Source: Phoronis australis (Eukaryota > Animalia > Phoronida). Taken from it: a DNA stretch of 64,000 nucleotides. Within the stretch, counting starts at the first letter, position 1; every line of letters starts with the position of its first letter. The stretch is taken from positions 728,591-792,590 of the forward strand of contig NMRA01000160.1 in assembly GCA_002633005.1 (NCBI GenBank). Reading direction: 5' to 3'. The notes under the pieces were generated by a model. That model made no database searches. It was given only the letters and a program-made list of their open reading frames with translations, and was not told the origin of the DNA. Positions 12,201 to 24,200 of the stretch are shown here, piece by piece. The position numbers and the translations under genes were made by a program.

Positions 12201-15200
12201 GTAGTTACGATGATGAATCAGCTAGGTGGCAACAGGTTGTCTTCACTGGCTCTTGTACAAGTAAATGGTGATTGTAACAGTGAATTACTGTATATCGTTT
12301 CACTTAAAGTTGGTACTTGCTTATTTGTGAAAGCATAAAAGCATCACAAAAAATTCCCCTCNACCATTTCACTACTAACTTTCACATGGTCAAAAATAGA
12401 ATTGTTTTATTCTTGGTCTTGCTACAACACCAATATCAGCTGGTACATCACTCTCGATTGCCCGGTTACGTAATGCTTGTTGACAGGGTTAGATTAGAGC
12501 TAGTGTCCTTGTACATAAGCTCCGCCCCAGTTGTCAATCACTGAGCTGGTGAGCACTCAAGCCGTATGACTTACTGAGGCTTGGTCAAATATAGCTAAAA
12601 AAACAACTTTGGATTTTCAGAATGATTATATTTTTCTTCAGTATACTGTGCATAAAGAATTAAAGATTAGGATGATATGAAAATGTAAAAAACAGTAAAA
12701 ATTAATTTTTTTGTGTATCCACCTACCTTAAGGTTATGTTGGACACTAGAAAAAGGTCCAAATTTGGCCAACTTTGGAATATCGTATCTCAGAAATGGCC
12801 GAACAGATTCCTATGTAACTTTCAAGAACTTTGCTTCGTGCATTGGTCTTCAAAATGCTTTTGGAGATTGTTTTTAAAATGTCCCGCTTTCGCCTGAGGT
12901 GCAAAAAAGTGGGTCTTTCACGACTGCTCTTGGAAAAAAATCGAAAGTTGCATAAAACGTAAATAAAATGATAATTTAGACAAGTGAAGCATTGATTTGG
13001 AGATTTCATTTTGAACATTTATGTGAAACGAAGTTTGATCATCTTGTCTATACAGTTGTTTTAATGTCAGTGTCTGTTTATGTTTTGCTAAAAGTTGCTG
13101 AAAAGACATGATCACATGACGCAAATGACGTGTTAAAAAATCCAATTCTACAGTCTTCCTACTTTCAGAAAATATATAATTCTGACTAGTTAAAATCTAT
13201 ATAGTTTTGTTGATATTTGGTTAAATAAACCGACTTGTCAATAACGTCTTATGTAACCTTACCTTGCCCCATTGAAATACCTGAAAAGATAAAATGCACC
13301 ATTGTGTATATGGAACGAGATAAACAAAACTAAACCTGGTTCTCTCACTTTGTGAAAAATCTGAGCAGTGATAAGAAATGATTTCCTTGTTTGGAAAAAA
13401 GCTGTGAAATGAAATAATGCAATTGGTGTTGGAACCATGTTATATACCAATTGACAGCAGAAGTTGGTGTTCAGTGTGAGTAATTTGTGAGCCTGTTCTG
13501 AGTTTTAATGATCTCTTCTTCAGAATGCTGGAGCTATCATTGGCAAGGGTGGCACCAACATCAAACGACTGAGGAGTGAGGTAGGTATTTTGGTGGTCAG
13601 ATGTTACTTTTGAGCAACTTTTTTTTTGGAAAGTGCTTTGGCACCAATCTCGTTTACATTTCAACAGTACATAGATGTACCATTCTATTAAAGACAGTGT
13701 TGTAATATAATGTTGTTTACATCTTGTAACTTATGAACATGGTTGTGGTCAAGCGACACTCTGATCGTCATGGTGACCACTGGCAAGAAGTTTTGTCGCG
13801 AGACCAATTAGAATGTCCAAAATAGATGAAAATTGCCACTTATTCATCAAACCTCTGTCATCCTCGTATGGTATATTTAATGTGTCATTACTTGTATTTT
13901 AAACTCTTGGGAGTGCTTCCTGCCATTGCAGATACAGTTGACCTGGTAAAAGGGCAGATTCAGTTTCATGATTACTTTGGTTAAGAGTACTTCGCTGAAT
14001 TTGGGCACGTCATTGTCAATATATCACTTTTTTCAAAGTCTAGCTGAACTTGCCGTTTGAGTAATATTGCATAGCTGATATGTTGCCTGTCCAACTTTGT
14101 CAAAATTGTGTTCTCAAACAAAAAAACCTGCCAAGCCAGACTTACCAACTTATGGTTATTTTTCTTGTATTGCCACAGTTAAGGACTGCATACACATGGC
14201 ATAATCAAATGCATCTTATTGGTATTGTTACAGCTGACTGTTAAGGAGTAAAATCAGCAATTTGCTACATGGTTCCAGGTCGTCGTGGAAAGCCCGCAAA
14301 TTGACAAAAAGTAGTTTCCAAGCATGGATGACTCATCGAAAGTGATGGGAGCAAAATCTTGTCGAAAACTTGCCAAAATTTTTAATACCTAGAATAAAAG
14401 CCACTCATTTTGTCGAATCCGGAAACCAGTTGTTAGACATTTTGTCTACGTTTTTGCAAAAAATGGAAATGCAAGGTGTCATTCACGGTTAACAGCTCTT
14501 CGTTGTGTTCATGTAGGTTTTTGCCCGTTGCTTTAACAAAGAGAACAGAAATTCTAATATCACATCCGTCAACATGGACAAATGAGCATTGTCGGGCCAT
14601 TGACCTTGTTGTGGATAGTGCGAAACCTACACACTCATACACAGTGCTGTGGGATAATGGTTGGCCAGAGCAACATATCGTTTAGACCCAGATATACGAA
14701 GTGTACACAACTCTTCAGTTTTGTAGCATTTAAAGAGCCTGAAGTTAAGTTTTTGGAGACGTGAGTAGATATGTAGCATCTATCCAATATCAAAAGTTGA
14801 CTTACTGAGTACGCACTTGCCTCCGTCGCACGTCCTTCATTCTGGATCAGAGGACTCGTGTCCCACAAAGTTTAAGCTCTGTGATACGTGCGCGTCGGTT
14901 TTTCGCCATATGTAAAAGGTCAGTTAAAACATCCAGTGCAATCCATCAGTCAAATTGGGACTCTCTCGCCGGGAACCATGTGGCAGCCAAAACATCCAAG
15001 AAACACCGGTTTCGATGGGATTATCACTTAAATCTACCTGCCAATGTATGAATAAATTCAATAGTAAAATCTACCCGCCAAGTTCTCTTCCTACAGAATG
15101 CAATGGAGTCCAGAGCTGATTTTATGCCACTATTTGTTACTTTGTATTTTGGCCTCACAGGCTCTTGTTGTTGTCCAATGTCTCATGCATATATATATAT

Positions 15201-18200
15201 GTCTCTCTCTCCACTCGTTATGCCCTGGCCTCTCTCCTGCCCAAACACTCACACTGCCCATTCGAATATGACGACTTGCCCCGATTGGCCCGTTGATTGT
15301 TGGCCCCGCCCACCGCCATTCTGCAGTACACGCCAAGTGTCATGGTTCCTGACAGTTTAGGCCCAGAACGGTATGATATATGGTATACGTATTACAACTT
15401 TACTGTTGTGCCCAGAGCCTGGCTGGCCCTCTGCCGACACTTTGAAATGGTTCACCTCCTTGGCTAGGGCTTATGTTTCATCATTATAGTAATTTGAATT
15501 TTTAAATGTCCGTATGATTGGCCTTTCTTGAGAAAACCTCAGTAAAGGTTTTCTGTTTAGGGTTTTGTTACGCTCATGGGTTTTCTTTTTGTGATTTGTT
15601 GAATTGAATTTCGTTAAACTTTTTACAAATGATTCAAAATATATCCGTAATCTTAATCTTATTTACTTTTCACTGATAGTTTTGACTGTGATTGCAGTTT
15701 TTGAGCATCTACCTGAATATGACCAAGGTGTGTTTTATTCTGTACCAGTTGTTCCTGTCACGATGTGTCTGGTGTTGCCTTGAGCTCACTGTCTCTCTTG
15801 AATCTTTTCAGGATCTTGTCCATGACTGCTCCGGTGGGTACTATCTGTGCATGTATGAGGGACATCATACCGACTTTGGAAGATGTAAGTTGGGGATTCA
15901 TGTTTAGGCTCAGTGGTGCAGTCCACGACCCTAGCTGCTGGCAAAACTGCTACGGTGATAAATTATGGCTTATAGAATGGACGAAGTGAGTTTGCTCCTG
16001 TACCTCAACATTCCGGCCAATCTGTCCTAAGAATTCAGTGGTGACTACGCTAATGCTATTGTGAGCTTACTCATAATACACTAGCCTCTCTCTGATGTAG
16101 TCTTGGGTGGTCTTGCAAAACTGACTTCATTGTTTTCTGTGTGGGTAAAAATCTTTTGGCGGCCCGCCATACTCCTTTTTGGACCCACCACTCGTAAATC
16201 ATTCCCAGATTGTCCACCACACGCCTAATTGTGACGGAAAACTTCACCGCCAGGCAAAAATCACTTGTAAAAATTATCACCTGTAAAAATTATCGCCAGT
16301 AATAATGAATTCGGCAAGTCACACGGCTACTCTCGCCATTTGTGGATCAAATGCGAAAAATAGTAACGTAACAATCATTTTATCTCCTTCATCACTTGGT
16401 CATTGACATTCTCCTATGCCTGGTTATCTGACAATGCACAGCAATTGAATACAGTCGGATACCAGGCAACGACCTTGACACTAGATTTCTAAAATGGCAA
16501 AGTGCCAAGGCTTATGAAGTGGATGGAGAAACTGCAAGCTTTATTCATTTTATTGTGTCTGCGTTTACAGCAATGTGAACTATATTGCACAAGACATTCA
16601 ACAGTTTAATGAACCATAGCCCAGTGCCCATATGGTGATATTGAATGGAAACCAGTCTCAGATTCGTCTGCATGGACTGGATGATACATTGTCTGCTGTA
16701 CCCAGGATGGCGGCTAATGCCAGTTTAACTGATTTATGTTGAGCAAGACGATATCAATGGAAGTTTCAATATACAGATTAGTTAATAACGCCTAAAAAGT
16801 TCAATTCTTTTGGTTCTGAGTACGTCACATCATGGATGAGGCTCGTTTTATAATACTGTCTATGATCAGTATACTTTTAGATTGCACCAGATTGCATCTA
16901 GTTTTTCAAATTTTTCGTGGGAAAGGTCTCCCACCACCAACCCAACAGGAGGATCTCTTTTCCCGTGCTTGCATTCGGCGCCGCGTTTCGAATCGCTTCA
17001 ACCATTCATCACCTCACTCCTTTCAAAACCCAGGCAATAGGGGGCTCCCCCTTCCCATACTCGTGTGCAGCACCGGGCTTTGCATCCAGTTTTGGCCATT
17101 CACCACCGCGTTCCTTTCAAAGTCCAGGGGAAACACTGTGGTTTGAAGCTTGTGTTATGGTGAGCTCCCCTGGTCAAGGTAGTTTTGTATGGTTACTACC
17201 ACAAGCTCAAAAGTCTACAAGGTGTAATAACAGATTCAGTTTGGGATGGTTTTAACTTGCCTAAAATTACACCCGATACATCTCCATTCAGACATGTTGC
17301 ATTCATTACAACTTATGTCTGATTTTGAATTGTATTTCTCGTATGACTGTTAAAGCAACATGGGACTAGACGGTGAAATACTCAAATATGCCTACGTGAT
17401 AGTCACACAAACTAAGCGTGTGGTGTGCACACAATCTCCACTTAGTGATCTGGTTAAATTGAAGACATTTGCACTAAACATCTGAGGAGTTTTACTGTGA
17501 CGGTCAATTCCACATATATTCAGTGGTCATAGCGGGGAGTTTGCTTTCAGAAGTCACGGCTCCGAAAGGCAGATCATTTTATTTATTTTCTTTTGGCTTA
17601 CACTGTACCATCCTTAGTATCGAGGGCGTTGTTTCCCGTGGTGTCGTTATCTTCACACGGCTTTCTGACGATTTCGTCTAGTGTCGCTCAGCAACAGCGC
17701 TTTCATTTTTGATGAGTTGCAGCTGGTGAACATGTAATTGTAAGCTACACCTGTTCTATCTGTTGACAGTACCAGCAGTACAGTGGCCGAGATGACTTTG
17801 ACTGTGAAGTGCGTATTCTGTTCCATCACAGTCTGGCTGGAGGCATCATTGGAAGGGCTGGCTTCAAGATCAAGGAACTCCGAGAGGTAAGTGCCGGGAG
17901 TGTTTAACTCTGACGGATTTACATATATCAGGGCTTGGAATTTTCCGCGGAAACGCGGATTTCCGCTTTTTTGAAATGTGCTTTCCGCTTTTTTTATAAT
18001 ATTTCCGTGTAAAAAAATCAGATTTGATATGAAATTTCCGCGGCAAAATTCCTTTCTTACCGCGGCGTTGCAGACGACGTTCACCTCGGAAAGCGGAAGT
18101 CTTTATGTTTCGGAGGAACGTAAATTGTCAACATTGCCGGGGCATCTGGGTAAAGCGTGGTCTGATTTTCAATGGCGGCTCGTGTTATTGTTAAGCGCGG

Positions 18201-21200
18201 CGACAAATACTACCGCTCTGCAGCCAAAGTTGTGTGGGTTGGGAGTGGACGGGCGAGCGAAAAGGACGCAGACGCATGCTACTGATGGTGGTAACTTTTT
18301 TTTTTTTTTTTTAGTCCCGATTTTTGTCGCGGAAAGGTTCACATTGACCATTTCAAAGGCTAGTTATCGGGCATGATTTGGGCCGTAAAAGTTTCCGCGT
18401 TTTTTGTCATTGGTCATTCCAAGCCCTGATATATTCTAGCAACTCTTGGAGTCTAAAAACTACTCGTTACCAGTTATAAAATGTTGCGAAGTTCGTGCAC
18501 GTGCTTCTCTCTGAAGTGCCAGAAAATGTTGGTATTAGAACACAAGGTCTGACCTGTTAGATGCAGCCTTGAGTGCTGATGTGTAATGTAGCTCGCACAT
18601 GCTTAATCTCTCGTCTGTGATTGGTTAGTTTTTGAATGACTGATGAAAATGCACTTGTTTGACTTTGCATTGTGGGATATCATCTGCTTTGAAAATTGCG
18701 TCAAGATGTAGAGAGCAGAATTTCGGAAATGAATATTCTACGGAGTTAGAATACATTTCAATAAAGAGGGACATTATTTTCCATGTTTTATTACACTCAC
18801 CTAAAGCACTGTGGGTGCTCAGAACTTCTGGAATTACACTGAGGTGTCGAGACTTGCTGAGCCTGGTCTGGTGGGGAGAAATCAACCATGCTGACCGCAA
18901 AACGTTGTCGGGATGAGCTGAGTATTTATGGCACTTTGAACATGATGTGAAAATTGTTTTTTTGTTTGTATCATGTCATCTCTGGATAAAAAATGAACTT
19001 TTTTAATGTACTGGAAGTTTTTACTTGCAAAATGTAGATTTTCAGCATGAAGGTTTGTGTTCTTATTTTGTTGGCAGTCCTGAGTATTGTTGCGTAACTC
19101 CGGTGTTGTGTGATAGTAATAGCTTGAATTTAATTGTTGACAATCTTCTTTTAATTCTCAGCAAACAAAAACGAACATCAAAGTGTTTCAAAGCAAATGT
19201 CCGGGATCAACAGATAGAGTCTGCGCCGTACAAGGGAAGCTGGACAACGTCATTGATGCAATCGGCCTGATCTTTGACACAATTAAAGATGTAAGTTGCA
19301 TTTGTTTGCACTAACTGTGAAATGACACTCAATCTGCAGCAATAGTGCATTTTGGCATGTACACTGCTCAATCCAGGAAGGTTTCCAGATCTACAACTTT
19401 GATCTTCAGAATATTGAAATTTCAAGTCAAGTTTTGGTCGCCTAGCCTTGTGTACCTTTGGGACATTGATATTCTCTGTTGAAAATGTTGGAGAAGTGTC
19501 CGTTTTTTTAAATTTTGATTTGATGTTATTTAATTTAAATGGTAAATTCCATGTCACATTTGGAAAAATTCCTCTTGTCACAGATTGTGTACAACTTTCA
19601 ATTTTTCGACTAATGAGCAATTTACAACTTTATTGAAGTTGGGTGCTCCGGCATTACTATGATGTTGGCATCCTTCAAGGCTAAATTGCCAAAAAAACAT
19701 TGTCTGTTGGAATTTTTTTCGTATTCAAAGAAATATACGGTATTACCTTTAAAACACAGTCACAAGTCAGCAGCAACTGTTTACTGACCAAATATTGACT
19801 GCTAAAGATCTCTCTGCCTTAATAAGAGCATTGGGAAACATTGACATTGAGTTCGTAGAAGCTGACATGTATCAGAAGGACGTGGAATTGCTTTTCTGTG
19901 TTAGTTATACTTGTTATCATGCCTAGCGCATGCAATGGGGAGCCAGGTCAAGCCAAATTAGTGAGCCAGGTCTCAAGCAATTCTTAAAGAGACCATGAAT
20001 CACTTGTAATCCGTTAGAAGTTGAGACCGGTGTTAAAAGGGCTTTCAGTAAAATCATACCAATTTGGGACAGACGTAATTACCAAAATTAATTTAGTTAT
20101 TTTGTTTTTCGATGTCTCCTGACATTTTTGTGAATATCCATAATTTTTCAAAACATATTTCTGATGGTAGCTATGGGTGCTACATATCTTAATGAGGAAC
20201 TAAGAAAATAAAATTTTACTTGTCCGTCACATTGTGACGAAGAATTGCTTTGTTGACAGAAGGCTGGTGCACGACACCTTTATATGTCCGTTTCCGATAC
20301 CTTTGTTTGTATCGTTTCAGTCACCGGTTAAAGGGCAAGAAGCTAAGTACGTTCCTGGAGATGACTTTGAAGACGCGGAAAGTTACGGAGGTTTCACGTT
20401 CGAGGATATGGCCCGTGGTGGTCGAGGTGGCCGAGGTGGCGGACGAGGGCGTGGGGGCCGTGGTGGTCCAAGGTACGATAACTCACTGATGGGTGACTTT
20501 GAAAGCGGTATGAAATAGGCCTTCTGTCCAAAAACCAACTTGTGATTTAGACCACTTAACAGTATGAAGTTAGTCTGCCATTGTTCTGGGTTTGGAAGAT
20601 CAGGCAGCTCGTCGCTGCTCTAGACTAGGCTCAAAAAGTACCCTTGATCTGGTGCGTGTGCCCAGCGTGGCCTCACGCAAAAATGCAAAACGCATTGTCA
20701 GTTGTTCCCTAAGCAGAAGATTCACTTCTGAACAATTACAGAAAGTTGCCTTGGTCGAAAGTTGGAATTCTTTTGTAATCTTTTTAAGAGAAGGAAGGCT
20801 CGTGGTTGCTTTGAATGGGGAGGTATGTACGACTATGCTGAATACACCCACTTGTTAACACGCTTGCGTAATCCAGTTGTTCAAGCAACAGTGTTCATAT
20901 TGCTACAGCAATTTAAAAATTAATAATTTTGTAAGCTTGTCGGTTAGTGATGGCCAATGTCGTGTGTAAGGTGGTCACAAAGTGAAGGTGATGTGACTAG
21001 CTGTTTGTCAACTGAAATACACAAATGTTGAAAATAAGACGTTTGACTAAAAAAAGCAAAGTTAGTTCTAAACGTTTTTTTTTTAAATTGAGTCAGCAGT
21101 GCAGTTTTCTTTTTTGTTGCTCAGTTTTTCAAAAAAGATGATCCACCTGAAATGAGCAAAAATGATGCAGGTTTTTGTACTCATGGTTTGGCCAATCGCG

Positions 21201-24200
21201 TTGTGTCACGCCTTGTCCATCCTTTCTTGCCTTGGTAAAGCTTGTANACTCATGGTTTGGCCAATCGCGTTGTGTCACGCCTTGTCCATCCTTTCTTGCC
21301 TTGGTAAAGTTTGTATAAAGAAATGAGACCTTTTGTGAAGTTAATGCGGCGGTTTTTTTTTTAGTCCATGATTGCAGGTCTGGGAATGAGTCGGGATGAA
21401 GACCAGAAGCAGCATTGCTTTTTTGGCCTAGTTGGACTGTTACCGAGATGATTTATAGATACAAAAATGATTACGGGTGAACTGCTTTGCGGTTTGCTAA
21501 GCAACAACTTGGACGCATACCTTGCAGCTATGGGGAAAGATCGGCTGCCTCAAGACACTGGGTCCCTTCTATTTGATGAGTGTTTTAACTGAGTGTTGCT
21601 GCTATCTCTCGGTAGGGAAACAAGTAGTTGTGGTATTGCAGGTGATGAGCAGTGTTGAGTGACATTATTCTAGCAAGTTTAGTATTCTTATAATTGTTGA
21701 ATTAGGTTGAAGGTGTTGCATTTCAGAGGAGGCTTTGGAGGTGGTGGCGGTGGATTCCGTGATGGCGGTATGAGAGGGGGTCGATTTGGAGGTGGTGGTG
21801 CCGGTGGTCGAGGACGTATGAACGACAGCTTTGGTGGCGGTTTCGGCGGAGGTCGCCAAGACAGGTGAGCTGCTCCTCTTGTCTTGTCGGAAAACACTGT
21901 CACATGCTAGTGTATGTGTTAATAAATAATAACACCTGTGAAGCTAATGGTAAACATTTTTCTTGTAATTGTACAATACATTACAATATTACATCGGAGA
22001 CCACCTGTACAAACGAATGTTAGCCATGGCTTGGTAGTTTCCATGAGGGACTAGCGTGCATCCACAAGTAGTCGAGAGACTCTCATTGGCTCGTGCGTAT
22101 TACGCGAGAGCTTTAGCTTGTAAAGGAATGGCAACTTTTTCGACATGAAAAAGCAACGTGCCAAAACAGTGTCAGTCTCTCTGATGTGCTTCTTGATTTA
22201 ATTTGTTGGGATACTTGAAATTCAATTTATACCACTGCTTGTAGGCTTTTTGTTGTCAAAACTGTTGGGTAAAGGGCAAATGGTACAGTTTTAAAACTAA
22301 GAGTATAATTATAAATGTAGGAATGTGCAATACTGGTAGAATTTTTTGCCTTGTGGTAGTGGGTGGTCGTCTAAATAGCATTGAGGATGGGCACTGACTG
22401 GTTTTTCTTTATTTTCTAGATTTGGAGGTGGAAACCGTGGTTCGGGAGGCCGTGACTTTGGCGGCGGCGGCGGCATGAGAGGAGGCGGATTTGATGGAGG
22501 ATTCCAGTCAAACTTTGCCAGTGATTCTGGAATGGTGAGTTCAGAAACACTAGAAGCAATGTGTAGTTGTGGTTGCTGACATCATGTTGATTACTGCGAC
22601 ATGAAAACTTTTCCGTTCACCGTGGTCGCCATTCACCAGTTTCAACCAAATCATTTTGGCCCTCCTTTCAATATTCTTGTCCCGTCGACTGATAATTTCC
22701 ACCTTTATGAACATGAACTGACATCAATGTAGCTTTGAGCTTGAGCAAACTAAGTGTTGCTGTTGTTACCAGGATTTCCTGTTGATGAGCCCATGGGCGT
22801 GTATTCGGAAAATGAAAATTTTCAGGCGTTTTATTTGCACCAAATAAACCCTCAGGCGTAGAAAAGGAGGCTTGGAAATGGAAAGTCATACTTTTGCTTA
22901 ATTTGACATTTTTTTACTTGAAACTGTTTTGAAATTTTATGTTAAATTCATAGTAATTTTTCTGAATTTGTGACTGAACGTTGACTGGGAGAGGGCTTTT
23001 AAGAGGAAATTCTCTGAATAAATACCCCCATTATCTGGACGTTTGACACCAGAAGTTGTAGCATAAACGCCAGTGGCCGTTTCATCGGGTGGGCTTATCT
23101 ACGGAAAACCCCGGTAACTTTTAAGCCACACATAACAGCAATTTGGTAACTGCACAGCTTTAATTGTGTGTGTTTCCAGGGAGACAGCCAGGGCATGATG
23201 TTCCAACAGTTGAAGGACCAAGTTACCATTCCCACAGATGTAAGTGTAATACACTGTTCAGTTGGTCATTTGAAACTGTCTGGCAACACATTTCGTGTTA
23301 GCGTTTACCAAGGACACTATTTACTCACTTTCTGCAGTAAGAGAAGTAAGCTTCTGATTTAGACAGCTGACCTTTATAAAATTGGCCTATACTTGTCCCT
23401 TGCTTATATTAGAAGAACTTATTGTTATTGCTTAATACCAAGCTCTCTAAGATGTCTCGACTCAGCTGGTCGTTTTATACCACAAAATCAGGATGGCTTG
23501 TGTACCAATTTAACTAGTACTCCAGCTTGGCATATGCTGAATTCAACTTTTTGGACTGTTAATTGTGTCTTTGGAAGCAGGATCTGCTATTGTTTGTAGC
23601 TACTCAGTGGTGGTTCGTAGGATCAGTTTGGTATCTGTAGCATGAGTGTCTCTCTTAGGAGACGCGATTTGGTAGTTCTGTGGGTTGATTTAGTGTTCTG
23701 GAGAAGAGATCAGTGGGTCACCCTGGCTTATCACTTCACGCAGTCCAAATTGTCTTTAGTATCTTGTAGTTCATGTTGTGATTTACAACTTCCCTTATTT
23801 AATCAAGCATGATGATGTTTGTTCTCGATATATAATTGGGATGAAGTTGAGGTGTTCTGTGTATAGACACTACACAACGAATCCGCACTGTTAAAAGCCT
23901 ACCTTGAACAACGACACAGTTGAATTCGGTTGCTACAACATTTTTGGCATTACACTGAGCAGGGGGTGCTGAAAATTGCCAATTGTAATGAGCGGATAGG
24001 TTTATTGATTTACAGTTGTCCACATCACTGCAAGAATCCTTATATGGTGTTCTATTGAATACAATTACTTTCTGCCTTTCATTCATTATACTGTCTTCTC
24101 CCGGTAATGCAGTATGGCGTGAAGAGACCACTAGACATATTGTTTGACGAGCCTACGTTTCAGAAATTAATTTTTTATCGGATGTTGCTGACGTATTGGT

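Noticed and set aside
15698-15727. 30-nt ag/gt-bounded micro-exon candidate that would add a stop
   Set aside because: The gtgtgt donor is weak and there is no independent support.
13581-15811. A mutually exclusive partner for the 44-nt KH1 exon
   Set aside because: I searched both flanking introns by eye and found no second VPDxxxPER-like exon. [12 protein letters not shown] (about 14638) lacks suitable splice sites.
21179-21316. Near-perfect 68-bp tandem duplication in an hnRNP K intron
   Set aside because: The two copies are separated by a single n (21247), typical of an unmerged contig overlap.
21665-21903. Pro-rich and Thr/Ser-rich minus-strand ORFs
   Set aside because: They are antisense shadows of the Gly-rich hnRNP K exon 21727-21864.
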